Source of the DNA: a bacterium
Lineage (GTDB): Bacteria > Zhuqueibacterota > Zhuqueibacteria > Residuimicrobiales > Residuimicrobiaceae
Assembly (NCBI GenBank): GCA_029554865.1
Contig: JAKPUX010000233.1
Location: forward strand, 23,003 to 87,002
Length of the DNA: 64,000 nucleotides
Direction: 5' to 3'
How positions within the stretch are numbered: position 1 is the stretch's first letter; the number at the start of each line of letters is the position of its first letter. Under the pieces are notes generated by a model. It was not told where the DNA came from. It saw only the letters and a program-made list of their open reading frames with translations, and searched no databases. The position numbers and the translations under genes are program-made. Shown here piece by piece: positions 9,730-20,001 of the stretch.

Positions 9730-12366
9730 TTGCCGCGCAATAATCGCTGGATTTTATGGATAAATTGTCTTATAATAGACCATAAGCAGCATCTTGATCT
9801 GTCAAGCAATGAGGCTCCCGTGAAAAAGAAAAAAGTCGCAAAGGAAAAAACCCTGGCGCCACTGCAACCGGAAAAGGAGACCATCATCAGCCGCCACCCA
9901 CTGGCTGTGCTTCTGGTGATCGCCTTCCTCCTGCTGCTCATCTTCTATAGCCAGGTCATGCTGGCGGGGAAGACCTTTCAAATGCCCGATCAGCAGAGCT
10001 CGCGTGCGACCGCGCCTTTTGTCAAGGAGGCCCTCGCCCGCGGCATCACCCCGCTCTGGTGCCCCTACATATTCAGCGGCATGCCCTCTTTCGGATCGCT
10101 GTTGAGTGCTCCACACGTAAACCGCCTGGATGAATTCTTCACCGGGCTCTTCCGCACCGCCATGATGCCCGAGTTCACCTTCATCTTTTTCAATTATCTC
10201 CTCCTGGCGCTTTTTATGTTTCTGCTCATGCGCGGGCTCGCCGTCGAGCCGCTGCCGGCCCTCTTCTCAGGCCTGGCGGTCATCTTTATACCCCAATTCA
10301 TCGCTTTCACCGCCTATGGCCACAACACCAAATTCCTCGCCGTCGTGCTGATTCCGGTCATCCTCCTCCTCGCCAAAAAAATGATGGAGGAGAAAAACGC
10401 CCTCTGGTTCAGCCTGACCGCCCTGGCCATCGGCTTCCAGATGGTCCGCGCCCATATCCAGGTCTCCTATTACACCTTTCTTCTCCTCGGCATCTACTTC
10501 CTCTACAAGGAGATCGCTGATTTCCGCCGCAGCGGGGAATTCAAACCCCTCCTCATCTCCGCCGGACTTTTGGCGGGAGCTGTCTTCGCGGGGGTTCTCC
10601 TTTCCATGACCCTCTATACCTCGGTCCTCGACTATCAGCGCTACTCCATCCGCGGCGGCAGCGGTGAAGGAGGCGGGCTCGAATTCGACTATGCCGCCAA
10701 CTGGTCCTTCCATCCCCTCGAAATGGTGACCTTCTTCATCCCCTCGTTCATGGGATTCGGCGGCGCCACCTACTGGGGCAAAATGCCCTTCACGGATTAT
10801 CCCCTCTATTTCAGCGTCATCGTTTTCCTCCTTGCCGGCCTGGCCATCCTGCTGCGTCGCGATCGTACGACCTGGATCATGACCATCGTCGCGCTATTTT
10901 CTTTGCTGGTCTCCTTCGGCAAGCATCTGCCCCTGCTTTACGGGCCCCTCTTCAAGCTTCTGCCTTATTTCAACAAATTCCGCGTTCCCAGCATGATCCA
11001 TATCATCCTGGATATCGCCATGCTCATCCTGGCCGGTATCGGCCTGCAGGCTCTCTTTGAGCTGCGCACCCAGCTGCCTCAGCTCAAACCCATGGAACGC
11101 AGCCGCAAGATGAAGGGAGTGAAACGCTATCTCTATGCCTTCACCGGGATTGTCCTCCTCCTCGTCCTCATCGTCCTGCTCGGCAAATCTATCTATATGG
11201 GGATGGCCGGAAGCGGGGGACATACCCTTAATGAAGCCCAGCGCCTGGAGGCCTACAACAAGGCTCTGCTCGACAGCTTTAAATCCATCGGCCTGCTTGC
11301 CCTGGCTATCGTGCTGATTTTCCAGTTTCTCAAAAACAACCTCACCCGACTGACTTTGACTCTCTCCCTCTCGGCTATGGTCATCTTTGATCTGATCATG
11401 GTGGATGCCAAGATCATCCATCCCCGTGACAAATCGGATGAAAAGGCCTTTTTTGCCGCCACACCGGCCGTTCAGTATCTCAAGCAGGAGAAGGAGCTAT
11501 ACCGGATCTTTCCGGTCCTGGATGACAAGAGTGGCAACTGGTACATGTACCATCTCATCCCCAACATCTCCGGCTACAGCGCCGCCAAGGTCCGCCTCTA
11601 TCAGGATTTTCTCGACGAGACCGGCTTCGGCTCGCAGGATCGCTACGGCCTCAACAGCTTCATGTCCAAATACTGGCGGGTGGGCATGCGCGATAACCGC
11701 GTCACTCCGGTCGAGGTGCCTCTCGATCAGATCGCCCCGGAGAGGCGCGCCTTTGATTCGGCCATGCTCGACATGCTCAACGTCAAGTACCTGGTTCTGC
11801 AATATCTGCCCCTCAACGACCCACGCTACCAGCCCGTGGCCGATCCAGAGCAGATCCCTCTCTACCGCAACACCACCGTCCTGCCGCGCGCATTTTTCGC
11901 CGATTCCACACGGCAGTTCACGGGCCGCAAGAACATCTTTGATTTCATGAAGAGCGGCCGTTTTGATCCGCGCCGGGTGGCGATCATCGAGGAGAATCCC
12001 CCCTTCGCCGTGGCGCCAGCCGGCGCCAACACGGCGGAGATCACCCGCCATGATCTCCATCAGATCGATATCGCCGCCCAGGTGAAGTCACCGACCATCC
12101 TGGTCCTCAGTGAAATCTATTATCCTGCAGGCTGGAAAGCCTACGTCGACGGCAAGGAGACCAGGATTTTCAAGACCAACTATCTGCTGCGCGGCCTCTT
12201 CTTGCGGCCGGGCGATCACCAGATCGTCTTCAAATTTGATCCGGCTTCCTACCGGGCCGGGAAGTGGATCAGCACGCTGACCCTGCTCCTGTTGCTCGGA
12301 CTGCTCGGATATGCCCTCTGGCTGCTTTATCAGAGGCGCCGCAAACAACCGCCGGTGACCGCTTGA
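9730..12366 (+). CDS. YfhO-family polytopic membrane protein (putative glycan/lipid-linked sugar transferase)
   Basis: About 850 aa: many N-terminal TM helices, a large soluble C-terminal part and a final TM anchor (WISTLTLLLLLGLLGYALWLL). The ORF-track start is TTG 9730; GTG 9820 (VKKKKVAK) is an equally plausible start. Confidence 0.5.
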   Translation: MPRNNRWILWINCLIIDHKQHLDLSSNEAPVKKKKVAKEKTLAPLQPEKETIISRHPLAVLLVIAFLLLLIFYSQVMLAGKTFQMPDQQSSRATAPFVKEALARGITPLWCPYIFSGMPSFGSLLSAPHVNRLDEFFTGLFRTAMMPEFTFIFFNYLLLALFMFLLMRGLAVEPLPALFSGLAVIFIPQFIAFTAYGHNTKFLAVVLIPVILLLAKKMMEEKNALWFSLTALAIGFQMVRAHIQVSYYTFLLLGIYFLYKEIADFRRSGEFKPLLISAGLLAGAVFAGVLLSMTLYTSVLDYQRYSIRGGSGEGGGLEFDYAANWSFHPLEMVTFFIPSFMGFGGATYWGKMPFTDYPLYFSVIVFLLAGLAILLRRDRTTWIMTIVALFSLLVSFGKHLPLLYGPLFKLLPYFNKFRVPSMIHIILDIAMLILAGIGLQALFELRTQLPQLKPMERSRKMKGVKRYLYAFTGIVLLLVLIVLLGKSIYMGMAGSGGHTLNEAQRLEAYNKALLDSFKSIGLLALAIVLIFQFLKNNLTRLTLTLSLSAMVIFDLIMVDAKIIHPRDKSDEKAFFAATPAVQYLKQEKELYRIFPVLDDKSGNWYMYHLIPNISGYSAAKVRLYQDFLDETGFGSQDRYGLNSFMSKYWRVGMRDNRVTPVEVPLDQIAPERRAFDSAMLDMLNVKYLVLQYLPLNDPRYQPVADPEQIPLYRNTTVLPRAFFADSTRQFTGRKNIFDFMKSGRFDPRRVAIIEENPPFAVAPAGANTAEITRHDLHQIDIAAQVKSPTILVLSEIYYPAGWKAYVDGKETRIFKTNYLLRGLFLRPGDHQIVFKFDPASYRAGKWISTLTLLLLLGLLGYALWLLYQRRRKQPPVTA

Positions 12367-12372
12367 TCTCGA

Positions 12373-12400
12373 GGGTGGGCCTTTCGCCCACCCTTTTTTT
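12373..12400 (+). terminator. rho-independent terminator after the YfhO-like gene
   Basis: GGGTGGGC (12373-12380) pairs with GCCCACCC (12386-12393), followed by T7. Confidence 0.85.
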
Positions 12401-12413
12401 GACAAGGAGAGGG

Positions 12414-13610
12414 ATGATGTCCTTCCGCAAAACGCTCTACATGTTCTCCGGAACCCTGCGCAGCCTCTTCGTGCTCGTGGTCATCCTCAGCATCGCCGCC
12501 GTCAATTTCTACGTCCAGGGACTGGTCCGGGATTTGCGCAAGCAGTCGCGGGACATCGCCGAATTCTATGCCCTCACCTACCAGCGGCTGGCGGTGGCGG
12601 CGGACCAGCCCGAGGTCCTCGACTGGCTCTTCGTCAACATTATCAGCCGGGCCACCTTTCCCCTCATCCTCACCGACCGCGACGGCAATCCCAGTTCCTG
12701 GCAGGGTCTTGCCATTCCCGATACCGCCCGGTCGCCCGAGGCGATCAGGCAGGTGCGCAAGGTGCTCGAGAAGATGCGCCAGGAGAATGAGCCCATCCCC
12801 ATCACCTACCAGGAGTACGTTCTCAGCTATCTTTATTTCGGGGACTCGATGTTGATCACCCGGCTGCAGTACCTGCCCTGGGTCACCATCAGCGGTCTCG
12901 GGCTGCTGGTGCTCGTGGCCTTTCTCAGCTTCCGCAGCATCAAGAGCAGCGAGCAGCGCTTCATCTGGGTGGGCATGGCCAAGGAAACCGCCCATCAGCT
13001 CGGCACCCCCATCTCCTCCCTCATGGGCTGGCTTGAACTGCTCAAATCCTCCAACCACGAGGGGCCCAACCGGGAACAGACCCTGACGGATATGGAGGCG
13101 GATATCAAACGGCTCGAAAAAATCGCCGCCCGCTTCTCCCACATCGGCTCCGAAACCCTGCTCGATCCCCAGGATCTCCAGCCGATCCTGCACGATGTCT
13201 GCGCCTACCTGCGCAAGCGACTGCCCAAATCGGGAAATCCCATAGAACTGATCGAGAATTACAGCGAGCTCAAACCCGTGCCCCTCAACCGCGAGCTTTT
13301 CGAATGGGCGATCGAGAACCTGGTCAAGAATGCCATCGACGCGGTGAAGGGCAAACGAGGAAGAATTGAAATCACCACCACCCTGCTTACGGGCAAAAAA
13401 CGCGTTGCCATCGACATCAGTGACAACGGCGCCGGGATCACCGCAAAACGGCGCAATGATGTCTTCAAGGCGGGCTACAGCACGAAAAAAAGGGGATGGG
13501 GCCTGGGGCTGAATTTCGCCAAGCGGATCATTGAAGAATACCACCACGGCCGTCTCTTCATCAAGGAGACCCATATCGGCAAGGGAACAACCATGCGGAT
13601 TATCATATGA
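12414..13610 (+). CDS. sensor histidine kinase
   Basis: Membrane N-terminus, H-box ETAHQLGTPISSL, N-box NLVKNAIDA and G-boxes DNGAGI / GWGLGL. Start is ATG 12414 after AGGAGAGGG. The upstream ORF extension is rejected because it spans the terminator. Confidence 0.85.
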   Translation: MMSFRKTLYMFSGTLRSLFVLVVILSIAAVNFYVQGLVRDLRKQSRDIAEFYALTYQRLAVAADQPEVLDWLFVNIISRATFPLILTDRDGNPSSWQGLAIPDTARSPEAIRQVRKVLEKMRQENEPIPITYQEYVLSYLYFGDSMLITRLQYLPWVTISGLGLLVLVAFLSFRSIKSSEQRFIWVGMAKETAHQLGTPISSLMGWLELLKSSNHEGPNREQTLTDMEADIKRLEKIAARFSHIGSETLLDPQDLQPILHDVCAYLRKRLPKSGNPIELIENYSELKPVPLNRELFEWAIENLVKNAIDAVKGKRGRIEITTTLLTGKKRVAIDISDNGAGITAKRRNDVFKAGYSTKKRGWGLGLNFAKRIIEEYHHGRLFIKETHIGKGTTMRIII

Positions 13611-14362
13611 GCGGCACAGAGAGAAGACTGGAGGGAAGGGTCGCGCTGGTGACCGGCAGCGCCAGGGGATTGGGGCGGGGCATGGCCTGCGCCCTCGCCG
13701 ACCGCGGCGCAGCGCTGGCGATCCACTATCGCCAAAGCAACCGGGAGGCCGCCCGGCTGGTCGAGGAGCTGCATGCGCAGGGGGTTGAAGCAGACCTCTT
13801 TAAGGCTGATCTCCGCCGGTCGGAAGAGGCCGGCCGGCTGCAGGAAGAGGTCCTTGTGCGGTTCGGCCGCCTCGATATCCTCGTCAATAATGTCGGGCCA
13901 TTTATCGAAAAACCATGGAATGAACTGACGCCGGCGGAATGGGAGGAGATGGTGGAGGGCAATCTCAACAGCGTCTATTATCTCTGCCGGGCCTTCTGGC
14001 CGGTAATGGTGGCGCAGCATTGGGGCCGCATCATTAATATCGGCCTGGCTAACAGCGACCGGATTCAGGCCTATCGTCAGGTCCTCCCCTACGCCATTGC
14101 CAAAACCGGCGTTCTCATCCTGAGCAAATCCCTTGCCGTCGAAGGGGCCCCACACCATATCACCGTCAACGTCCTAGCCCCCGGCCTCATGGACAACGGC
14201 ACCCTGAACGCATCTGGCCGCCGCGCCGCTGCCGCGAGGATCCCTGCCGGCCGCCCCGGCACCGCCGAGGATCTGGCCGGCGCTCTGCTCTACCTGTGCA
14301 GCGAAGAGGCCGCCTACGTCACCGGCGCCCACATCCCCGTCAGCGGAGGCTGGGGACTCTAG
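13607..14362 (+). CDS. SDR family oxidoreductase (FabG-like)
   Basis: VALVTGSARGLGRGMA (TGxxxGxG) and the catalytic YAIAKTG (YxxxK). ATGA overlap with the kinase stop. Confidence 0.85.
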   Translation: MSGTERRLEGRVALVTGSARGLGRGMACALADRGAALAIHYRQSNREAARLVEELHAQGVEADLFKADLRRSEEAGRLQEEVLVRFGRLDILVNNVGPFIEKPWNELTPAEWEEMVEGNLNSVYYLCRAFWPVMVAQHWGRIINIGLANSDRIQAYRQVLPYAIAKTGVLILSKSLAVEGAPHHITVNVLAPGLMDNGTLNASGRRAAAARIPAGRPGTAEDLAGALLYLCSEEAAYVTGAHIPVSGGWGL

Positions 14363-15132
14363 TGCCGCACATCCTCCGGACGACGCGGATAGCGCCGCTC
14401 CTGATGCGGCGCTGCTTCCCTACTCTCGCGCTTGAGAGCCGCCGGCGTTTTCCCCGCGCTCTCGATCCTCACTCCTTCTTCATCCGCATAGACATCATAC
14501 CCGCCTGACCAGAGCGGATCCACCCTGCCGCTGCGATGGGTAGTGATGCGGGCCGCCTTGAATATCCGGTTGGCCCCCTGCACTGCCTTCCAGATTCCCT
14601 CCGCGGCGGTTCCGGTCAGTTTCACCTCACTCCCCTTGCGTGCACTGCCGCCCTGACCGTAATGGCCATCGATCGCCGTCAGGCGGAACATCGTGCGCAG
14701 ACCGACTTTTCCGAGCGCCGGTTTCCAGTGCAGTACCTCTCCCTTGAGCGACCAGGCGGCTCCCTTGATGGGATAGGATTGCGCCTTGCCGGGCTGGCCA
14801 TTCTCGTAGGGAATCAGGATGAGACTGAAATCCCCCTTGCTGCCGCCCTCCTTTTCGAATTCCACACGGGCGACGCGGGTCTCACCTTTGAGCGGGGTAT
14901 AATAGTGAAGATAGACCGCAAAAAAGAGCAAAACCATGGCCGAGGCGGCCAGAAGCAGCATCAGCAGCAAGCTTTTTGAGGGCGTCCTGGACTTTTTCCG
15001 CGCAGGCGCCTTCTTCTTGCGCCCTGCCGAGCCGCCGAATCCCAGCATCATAAAGGCTGCAATCGTGGAGACCACAAGCAGCAACAGCAAGACCGTGTTG
15101 GTATCGGCCGGCAGTATCTTGTTCATATCCAC
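14359..15132 (-). CDS. hypothetical membrane protein
   Basis: 257-aa ORF with two N-terminal hydrophobic helices separated by a Lys/Arg-rich loop. Last gene of the TBDR operon. No recognisable motif. Confidence 0.45.
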   Translation of the reverse strand: MDMNKILPADTNTVLLLLLVVSTIAAFMMLGFGGSAGRKKKAPARKKSRTPSKSLLLMLLLAASAMVLLFFAVYLHYYTPLKGETRVARVEFEKEGGSKGDFSLILIPYENGQPGKAQSYPIKGAAWSLKGEVLHWKPALGKVGLRTMFRLTAIDGHYGQGGSARKGSEVKLTGTAAEGIWKAVQGANRIFKAARITTHRSGRVDPLWSGGYDVYADEEGVRIESAGKTPAALKRESREAAPHQERRYPRRPEDVRH

Positions 15133-15133
15133 C

Positions 15134-15856
15134 TCATTGAGCGATGATCACATGTTCATCCCAGGCCATGGCGCCGAAAACCCCGATCCCGCCCCGGACT
15201 CGCCAGATCGGGACCTCATCCTCCTGGACACGCAGGTATTCATTATAATTGCGGTCCACCGCCGCCACCTTGAGGACATAGCGATCCGGCTGTGCCAGAT
15301 AAAAGGGGAAAAAATCGACCGCCGTCGAATCGGTCTTCGTTTCGGCGTTGTGGCCGCTGGTGATGCCCCGCACGCTGACAATATAACCGGGCGTTCCCTG
15401 CTCTCCGCGCCATGAGATGGGCAGAGAGGCATAGGCCTCCACCCGCTCCTGCTCGGCCGGCGCGATGATATCAGGTGGAACCGGCATGGTGCATTCGGCT
15501 TCAACCCGGCGGCCATCAGGCAAAAGCGCCAAAAGTTCGTAAGTTACACCGGGGATGAGCCGCAGCTTTTCACCTTCTTCCGCATAGATGCCGCCCCCCT
15601 GATGCCTGTATGCCACCCGCTGCTCCCCCCCCTGGATAGAGAGCTCCGCTCCTGCAATGCCCCGGTCATCGGGCAGGGGATCCATGCTGCGGCTGGTCTC
15701 TTCCAGACGGATGATCGTCTGCTGGGAATTCAGCAGCAGAAGGGCGAAGAGATTGACCTCCGGTTCGTAATTGAACTCATTGACATCCGGCCCATGGTCG
15801 CACGCCAGGAGCAGGATGAAGGCCGGGAGGAGTGCTTTCAAGAGTCTAGAAGGCAA
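15134..15856 (-). CDS. DUF4249-like lipoprotein
   Basis: Lipobox LLLAC, size and C-terminal GGIGVFGA motif. The position immediately downstream of, and overlapping, a TonB-dependent receptor gene is typical for DUF4249. Confidence 0.5.
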   Translation of the reverse strand: MPSRLLKALLPAFILLLACDHGPDVNEFNYEPEVNLFALLLLNSQQTIIRLEETSRSMDPLPDDRGIAGAELSIQGGEQRVAYRHQGGGIYAEEGEKLRLIPGVTYELLALLPDGRRVEAECTMPVPPDIIAPAEQERVEAYASLPISWRGEQGTPGYIVSVRGITSGHNAETKTDSTAVDFFPFYLAQPDRYVLKVAAVDRNYNEYLRVQEDEVPIWRVRGGIGVFGAMAWDEHVIIAQ

Positions 15857-18119
15857 AGTCCACCCCCACCGTCGGCAGCAGCGGGAACATGGTGACCGTC
15901 GTCAGGCGGGACGGATTGACATCATGATCCCAGAAGTAGAAAAAGACATTCTTGTGATTGTAGAGATTGATGATCTGGAGATAGGGCGAGGTGGAGATTC
16001 CGAAGAGGCGCCCCTGCTTGCGCAGGCTTAGATCCATACGGTGATAAAGAGGATAGCGGGCGCTGTTTCTCCCTCCCGGCCGGTCCGTTAACTCGCCTTT
16101 GAGAGCGTTTTCATCGAGCCGCCACTCGTAGTGCATGTACTTGCCAGGCATCGGGGTATAGGGCATGCCTGAACCATAGGAAAAGACGGTGCCGAGGGTC
16201 CATCCCCGGCCGAGTGTGTAATTGAGCACAAGATGGAAGGCATGCCGCTGATCATACTTGGGATAGTAGAATATCCCATCCGATTGCCGGCGGGTCCGGC
16301 TCCAGGCGTAGCCCAGCCATCCCTGCAGGTTGCCCGTCTGCCGCTTGACCATCAATTCAACGCCCCGCGCCGTGCCCTCAGCGACAAAATAGTCATCCGT
16401 CGGGTCAGAGGCAATCCCCTGTTCATTCAGATCGAGAAGGCCGGAAAAGGTCTTATAATAGCCTTCGAAGGTGAAGATCAGTTCGTGCGGCAGCCACCAT
16501 TCCAGACCGGCGACGTAGTGTCTGGCGGTCTGGGGATCGTAGGAAGCGTTGATGGGCAGCCAGAGATCCATAAAGGCAAAGTTCTGTTCACCGCTGGCCA
16601 CGGTTGTGAGATATTGGGTGTAGTGGCCAAAGCTCGCCTTGAGGGCGAGGTTGGAGGTCAGCTGATACTGCACTCCCAGCCTGGGCGAGAGGAACCAGCG
16701 GTCGCCGAGGCTGTAGTGTTCAGCGCGGGCTCCGGCCTTGAGCATCAGCCGGGGATAGAGCTGCCAGTGGTCCTGGGCGTAGAGGGCGAAGAGCGCCGGA
16801 CGGGAGGAATAGGAGAACAGTTGATAGTCGTTGATTGAGATGCCGTAGGTGAAATCCAGATCGGAGTAGGCTCCGCCGAGCTTGATGGTGTGGCCGCTGA
16901 GGCCGAAATAGTTGAAATCGGTGCGGGCACTGTAATCGTCGATCTCGTTGTTAAGGGCCAGATTGGCCGAGCCGCTGCTGCTGACGACCGCACTGAGCCT
17001 GTTTTTAAAACGGCTGTGCGAAAGCAGGGTCTCTGCAAAGAGATCGGGACGGATAATGTAGCGCCAGTTCAGGCTGGTGGTGCGGTTCCCCCACACCCAG
17101 TCCAGATCCACGTCCAGCTCATCTTCATCCTCTGCCTCCGATGAAAAATCGAGGACATCGTCACCATAGAAACCGCTGAATGTCAGCCGGTGGCGATGCG
17201 AAAGATCGAGATTGATCTTGCCCTGGAAATCGTAAAAATAATAGGGAAAGGCGTAGTCGCTCTTTTTGAAGACCTGATCGAAGTAGGTCCTCCGGCCGGC
17301 GATCAGAAAGGAGCCGGCCGGAATGGGGCCCTCGACCATCGCCCGGGCGGAGAGGAGGCTGATGCTGGCGACCCCGCCGTACGATCGCGCATCTCCCTCG
17401 CGGTTGGTGATAGAGAGCACCGACGAGAGCCGGCCCCCGTATTCAACCGGAAAGCCACCGCTGAGAAACTCCAGTTCCTTGATCGCGTCTACATTGAAGG
17501 TGCTGAAGACACCGCCGAGATGGAAGGGATTATAGACGCTGACCCCATCCAGGAGGACGAGGTTTTGATCCGGGCTGCCCCCCCGGACGTAGAGTTGGCT
17601 GGAAAAGTCGCTGCGGCTGACCACCCCTGGCAGCAGCTGCAGGGTGCGAAAAACATCCGCCTCGGCCAGAGTCGGCACTTGCTGAAGCTGGCGCATGGAG
17701 AGGGCGGTGGTGGAAATCTGCACCTCGCGCTCAAAACGCTCCCGCTGTGCGGTCCGGGTCACCTCCCCCATCTGGATCGCCACGGGGGTCAAGGCGATCG
17801 CCAGCACAGTGTCCTGGCCCGCGCGCAGCCGGAGTTCCCGTTGCCAGCGCTCATAGCCGAGCAAAGAGACGGTGAAGAGATAGCGCCCTTCCTCCAGATG
17901 CGGGATGACGAAATAGCCGCGCAGGCTGGTGAGGCTTCCGAACCGTGTCCCATCCAGATAGACATTGGCGTAGGGCAGAGGTTCGCTGTTGGTGGCATCG
18001 CGAACGAACCCGCTGATGGATGCGGGTTTGACCTCTGCGCCTGCTTGCACCCCGCTGACCCCGAGAAGAAGCTTAAGAACCAAGAGAAAAACGGGGGGTT
18101 TTACGGGCGGGGCTTTCAT
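15846..18119 (-). CDS. TonB-dependent receptor with N-terminal carboxypeptidase-regulatory-like domain
   Basis: Signal peptide, then ISGFVRDATNSEPLPYANVYLDGT (CarboxypepD_reg-like) and plug region LQLLPGV...YVRGG. A long beta-barrel ends in an aromatic terminal residue (...VGVDFAF). Confidence 0.8.
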   Translation of the reverse strand: MKAPPVKPPVFLLVLKLLLGVSGVQAGAEVKPASISGFVRDATNSEPLPYANVYLDGTRFGSLTSLRGYFVIPHLEEGRYLFTVSLLGYERWQRELRLRAGQDTVLAIALTPVAIQMGEVTRTAQRERFEREVQISTTALSMRQLQQVPTLAEADVFRTLQLLPGVVSRSDFSSQLYVRGGSPDQNLVLLDGVSVYNPFHLGGVFSTFNVDAIKELEFLSGGFPVEYGGRLSSVLSITNREGDARSYGGVASISLLSARAMVEGPIPAGSFLIAGRRTYFDQVFKKSDYAFPYYFYDFQGKINLDLSHRHRLTFSGFYGDDVLDFSSEAEDEDELDVDLDWVWGNRTTSLNWRYIIRPDLFAETLLSHSRFKNRLSAVVSSSGSANLALNNEIDDYSARTDFNYFGLSGHTIKLGGAYSDLDFTYGISINDYQLFSYSSRPALFALYAQDHWQLYPRLMLKAGARAEHYSLGDRWFLSPRLGVQYQLTSNLALKASFGHYTQYLTTVASGEQNFAFMDLWLPINASYDPQTARHYVAGLEWWLPHELIFTFEGYYKTFSGLLDLNEQGIASDPTDDYFVAEGTARGVELMVKRQTGNLQGWLGYAWSRTRRQSDGIFYYPKYDQRHAFHLVLNYTLGRGWTLGTVFSYGSGMPYTPMPGKYMHYEWRLDENALKGELTDRPGGRNSARYPLYHRMDLSLRKQGRLFGISTSPYLQIINLYNHKNVFFYFWDHDVNPSRLTTVTMFPLLPTVGVDFAF

Positions 18120-18136
18120 GGCGAATGGCCGGGGGA

Positions 18137-18916
18137 CTAGTTTTCGATTTTAACTTTATCGAGTTCCATCCTGACTGATCCCAGCGGCGCACGGCTCTTG
18201 ATCCGAACCGGCAAGCGGCGGTCGTCCATGGAGAGCCAGATCCACATCTCTCCCTTGAGCTCCTCCGTCGAACCGGGGCGCTTGCCCGGCACCAGCAGCA
18301 GACAATCGAATTTGCCGGCCGGCACCTCGATCTTTTCCTGTTTTTCGACCGTCATCGTCAGGGGATAGACGTTTTTGTCAATATAGCTGTCCAGGTCGAT
18401 CTTCTGTCCGACTTTCAGATCAAGGGTGCGCACATAATAGATGATCGAGAGGACATCCTGACTGTATGAGGGCACGGCAAGTGTATCCTTACCCTCAAAG
18501 GCGCGAGCATTGAGGGGATCGAAGCGCGCTTTGCGGAAGGCCTTGAATTTTCCCTCCCGCAGAATCCGCTCATATCCCCACGGGAAGAGCCCCTCGCGGT
18601 CGAGAATGCTCGTCATGACGTCATCCACCCGATAAAAGCTGGAGAAAAAATCGTTGGTCCAGAGCCGCATCGTGAGCAGATAGGTGCTGCGGCCGTTATA
18701 TTCCTCCCCATCCTTCAGCCAGAGGGATCCCCGGCCGGCGCTCATCTTGCCGAAATGAACCCGGTATTCCAGATATTCGCCCGCCTGAAACTCCTGGTGC
18801 GGAAAAAGGCGCAGTTCCTCCGGATTCGCGGCTTGTGTATAGCTTTGACCATGGAGAGTGAAAAGGGCGCCGCAGAGCATAGCGAGCGCCCAGGCTGTTT
18901 TATTCCAGTTTTTCAT
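18137..18916 (-). CDS. DUF3108-like secreted protein
   Basis: Signal peptide MKNWNKTAWALAMLCGALF, beta-rich. Start is ATG 18916, in an ATGA overlap with the upstream GT9 stop. The longer ORF-track version overlaps that gene and is rejected. Confidence 0.5.
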   Translation of the reverse strand: MKNWNKTAWALAMLCGALFTLHGQSYTQAANPEELRLFPHQEFQAGEYLEYRVHFGKMSAGRGSLWLKDGEEYNGRSTYLLTMRLWTNDFFSSFYRVDDVMTSILDREGLFPWGYERILREGKFKAFRKARFDPLNARAFEGKDTLAVPSYSQDVLSIIYYVRTLDLKVGQKIDLDSYIDKNVYPLTMTVEKQEKIEVPAGKFDCLLLVPGKRPGSTEELKGEMWIWLSMDDRRLPVRIKSRAPLGSVRMELDKVKIEN

Positions 18917-20001
18917 ATTTTCCCCGGCGGTATGACCGCGCTGTTCAGGAGTTGTTCCTTTACTTTTGCAAACACCCGGTCGCTGGTTATTAATTCCATG
19001 CAGTTGGAATGGGCACAGCGCTCTCCCGTGCATTTTCCGCAGGCTGGCAGCGGCGGCGTCAGCACAGAGTCCAGATGTCCATACGGACCCCAGCGCACCG
19101 GAGCGCAAGCAGCCAGCGGGCAGTAGAGCCCGACCACGGGACAGCCCACGGCGACCGCCATGTGAAGCGGCCCGGTGCTGTTCGCCACCAGCAGATGAGC
19201 CCGGCTCAACAAGGCCAAAAGCTCCTTGATCGAGAGCGCACCATCCAGCCGCCTGGGCTTGCTCTGCATCATGCTGCATAACCGGTCAACGAGCGGGGCC
19301 TCCGCTTTGTTCCCGGTGATCACTATCGTAAGAGACAGCTCCTCCTGGATGCGATCGGCCAGGATGGCGAAGCCGGAGAGGGGCCAATCCATCGCCGACC
19401 CGCCGCTGCCAGGATGGAGGACAACAAAGCCGCTGCCGGGTGAAATTCCAAGTTCTTCCAGCCGCGACGCCACCGCACTGTGCGCCTCTTCAGGAATGTG
19501 CAGGTAAAAACCGACGTGATCTAGCGGGGCGCCCAAAGCACGGGCCAGATCGAGATTGAGATCCAGCTCGTGACGGCCCGATTTCCGGCGATGGTGAAAG
19601 AGACGATGATTGAAGAGGAAAGAATAGGCCCGGTAGCCAGTGCCAGTCCGGTGCCGAATGTGGGCCAGGAGACAGAGCAGGGCCAGCCTGAGGGAGGGAT
19701 GGAGAAGAAGGACGGTATCAAAACGACGGCTGCGCACCAGGCGCAGCAGACGTAAAAATCCTGCCAGGCCGGCATGCTCGCCCGAGCCATCATCGAGCAG
19801 GATCTCGTCGGCATGGGGGTGCCCGCTGACCAGCTCCCGGGTATAAGGGCGCACCATCATGGCGATAAAAGCGGAGGGGAAGGCCTGGCGCAGCGCGGTG
19901 AGGACCGGAGTGGAGAGCACGACATCACCGATCCGGTCTGTCCGGATCACCAGAATCCGCTCCGGTGTATAGCCGGGGGTTTTCTTGCCCGTCGAGGTCA
20001 A
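18913..20001 (-). CDS. glycosyltransferase family 9 (heptosyltransferase-like)
   Basis: ILVIRTDRIGDVVLSTPVL N-terminus and C-terminal NSTGPLHMAVAVGCPVVGLY, typical of GT9. Confidence 0.8.
   Translation of the reverse strand: MTSTGKKTPGYTPERILVIRTDRIGDVVLSTPVLTALRQAFPSAFIAMMVRPYTRELVSGHPHADEILLDDGSGEHAGLAGFLRLLRLVRSRRFDTVLLLHPSLRLALLCLLAHIRHRTGTGYRAYSFLFNHRLFHHRRKSGRHELDLNLDLARALGAPLDHVGFYLHIPEEAHSAVASRLEELGISPGSGFVVLHPGSGGSAMDWPLSGFAILADRIQEELSLTIVITGNKAEAPLVDRLCSMMQSKPRRLDGALSIKELLALLSRAHLLVANSTGPLHMAVAVGCPVVGLYCPLAACAPVRWGPYGHLDSVLTPPLPACGKCTGERCAHSNCMELITSDRVFAKVKEQLLNSAVIPPGKI

Noticed and set aside
12264-12413. 5' extension of the histidine kinase ORF overlapping the YfhO-like gene.
   Set aside because: It spans the YfhO stop and a strong terminator (12373-12400). 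ATG 12414 has a good RBS.
14359-14362. Convergent SDR and membrane-protein genes share a 4-nt CTAG, so their stop codons overlap on opposite strands, with no terminator between them.
   Set aside because: It is real in the sequence but probably just a compact-genome curiosity, with no further signal to support a regulatory role.
18917-19279. Longer version of the DUF3108 ORF (start at 19279).
   Set aside because: It overlaps the 3' third of the GT9 gene in another frame. The signal peptide begins at ATG 18916, which forms an ATGA stop/start overlap.
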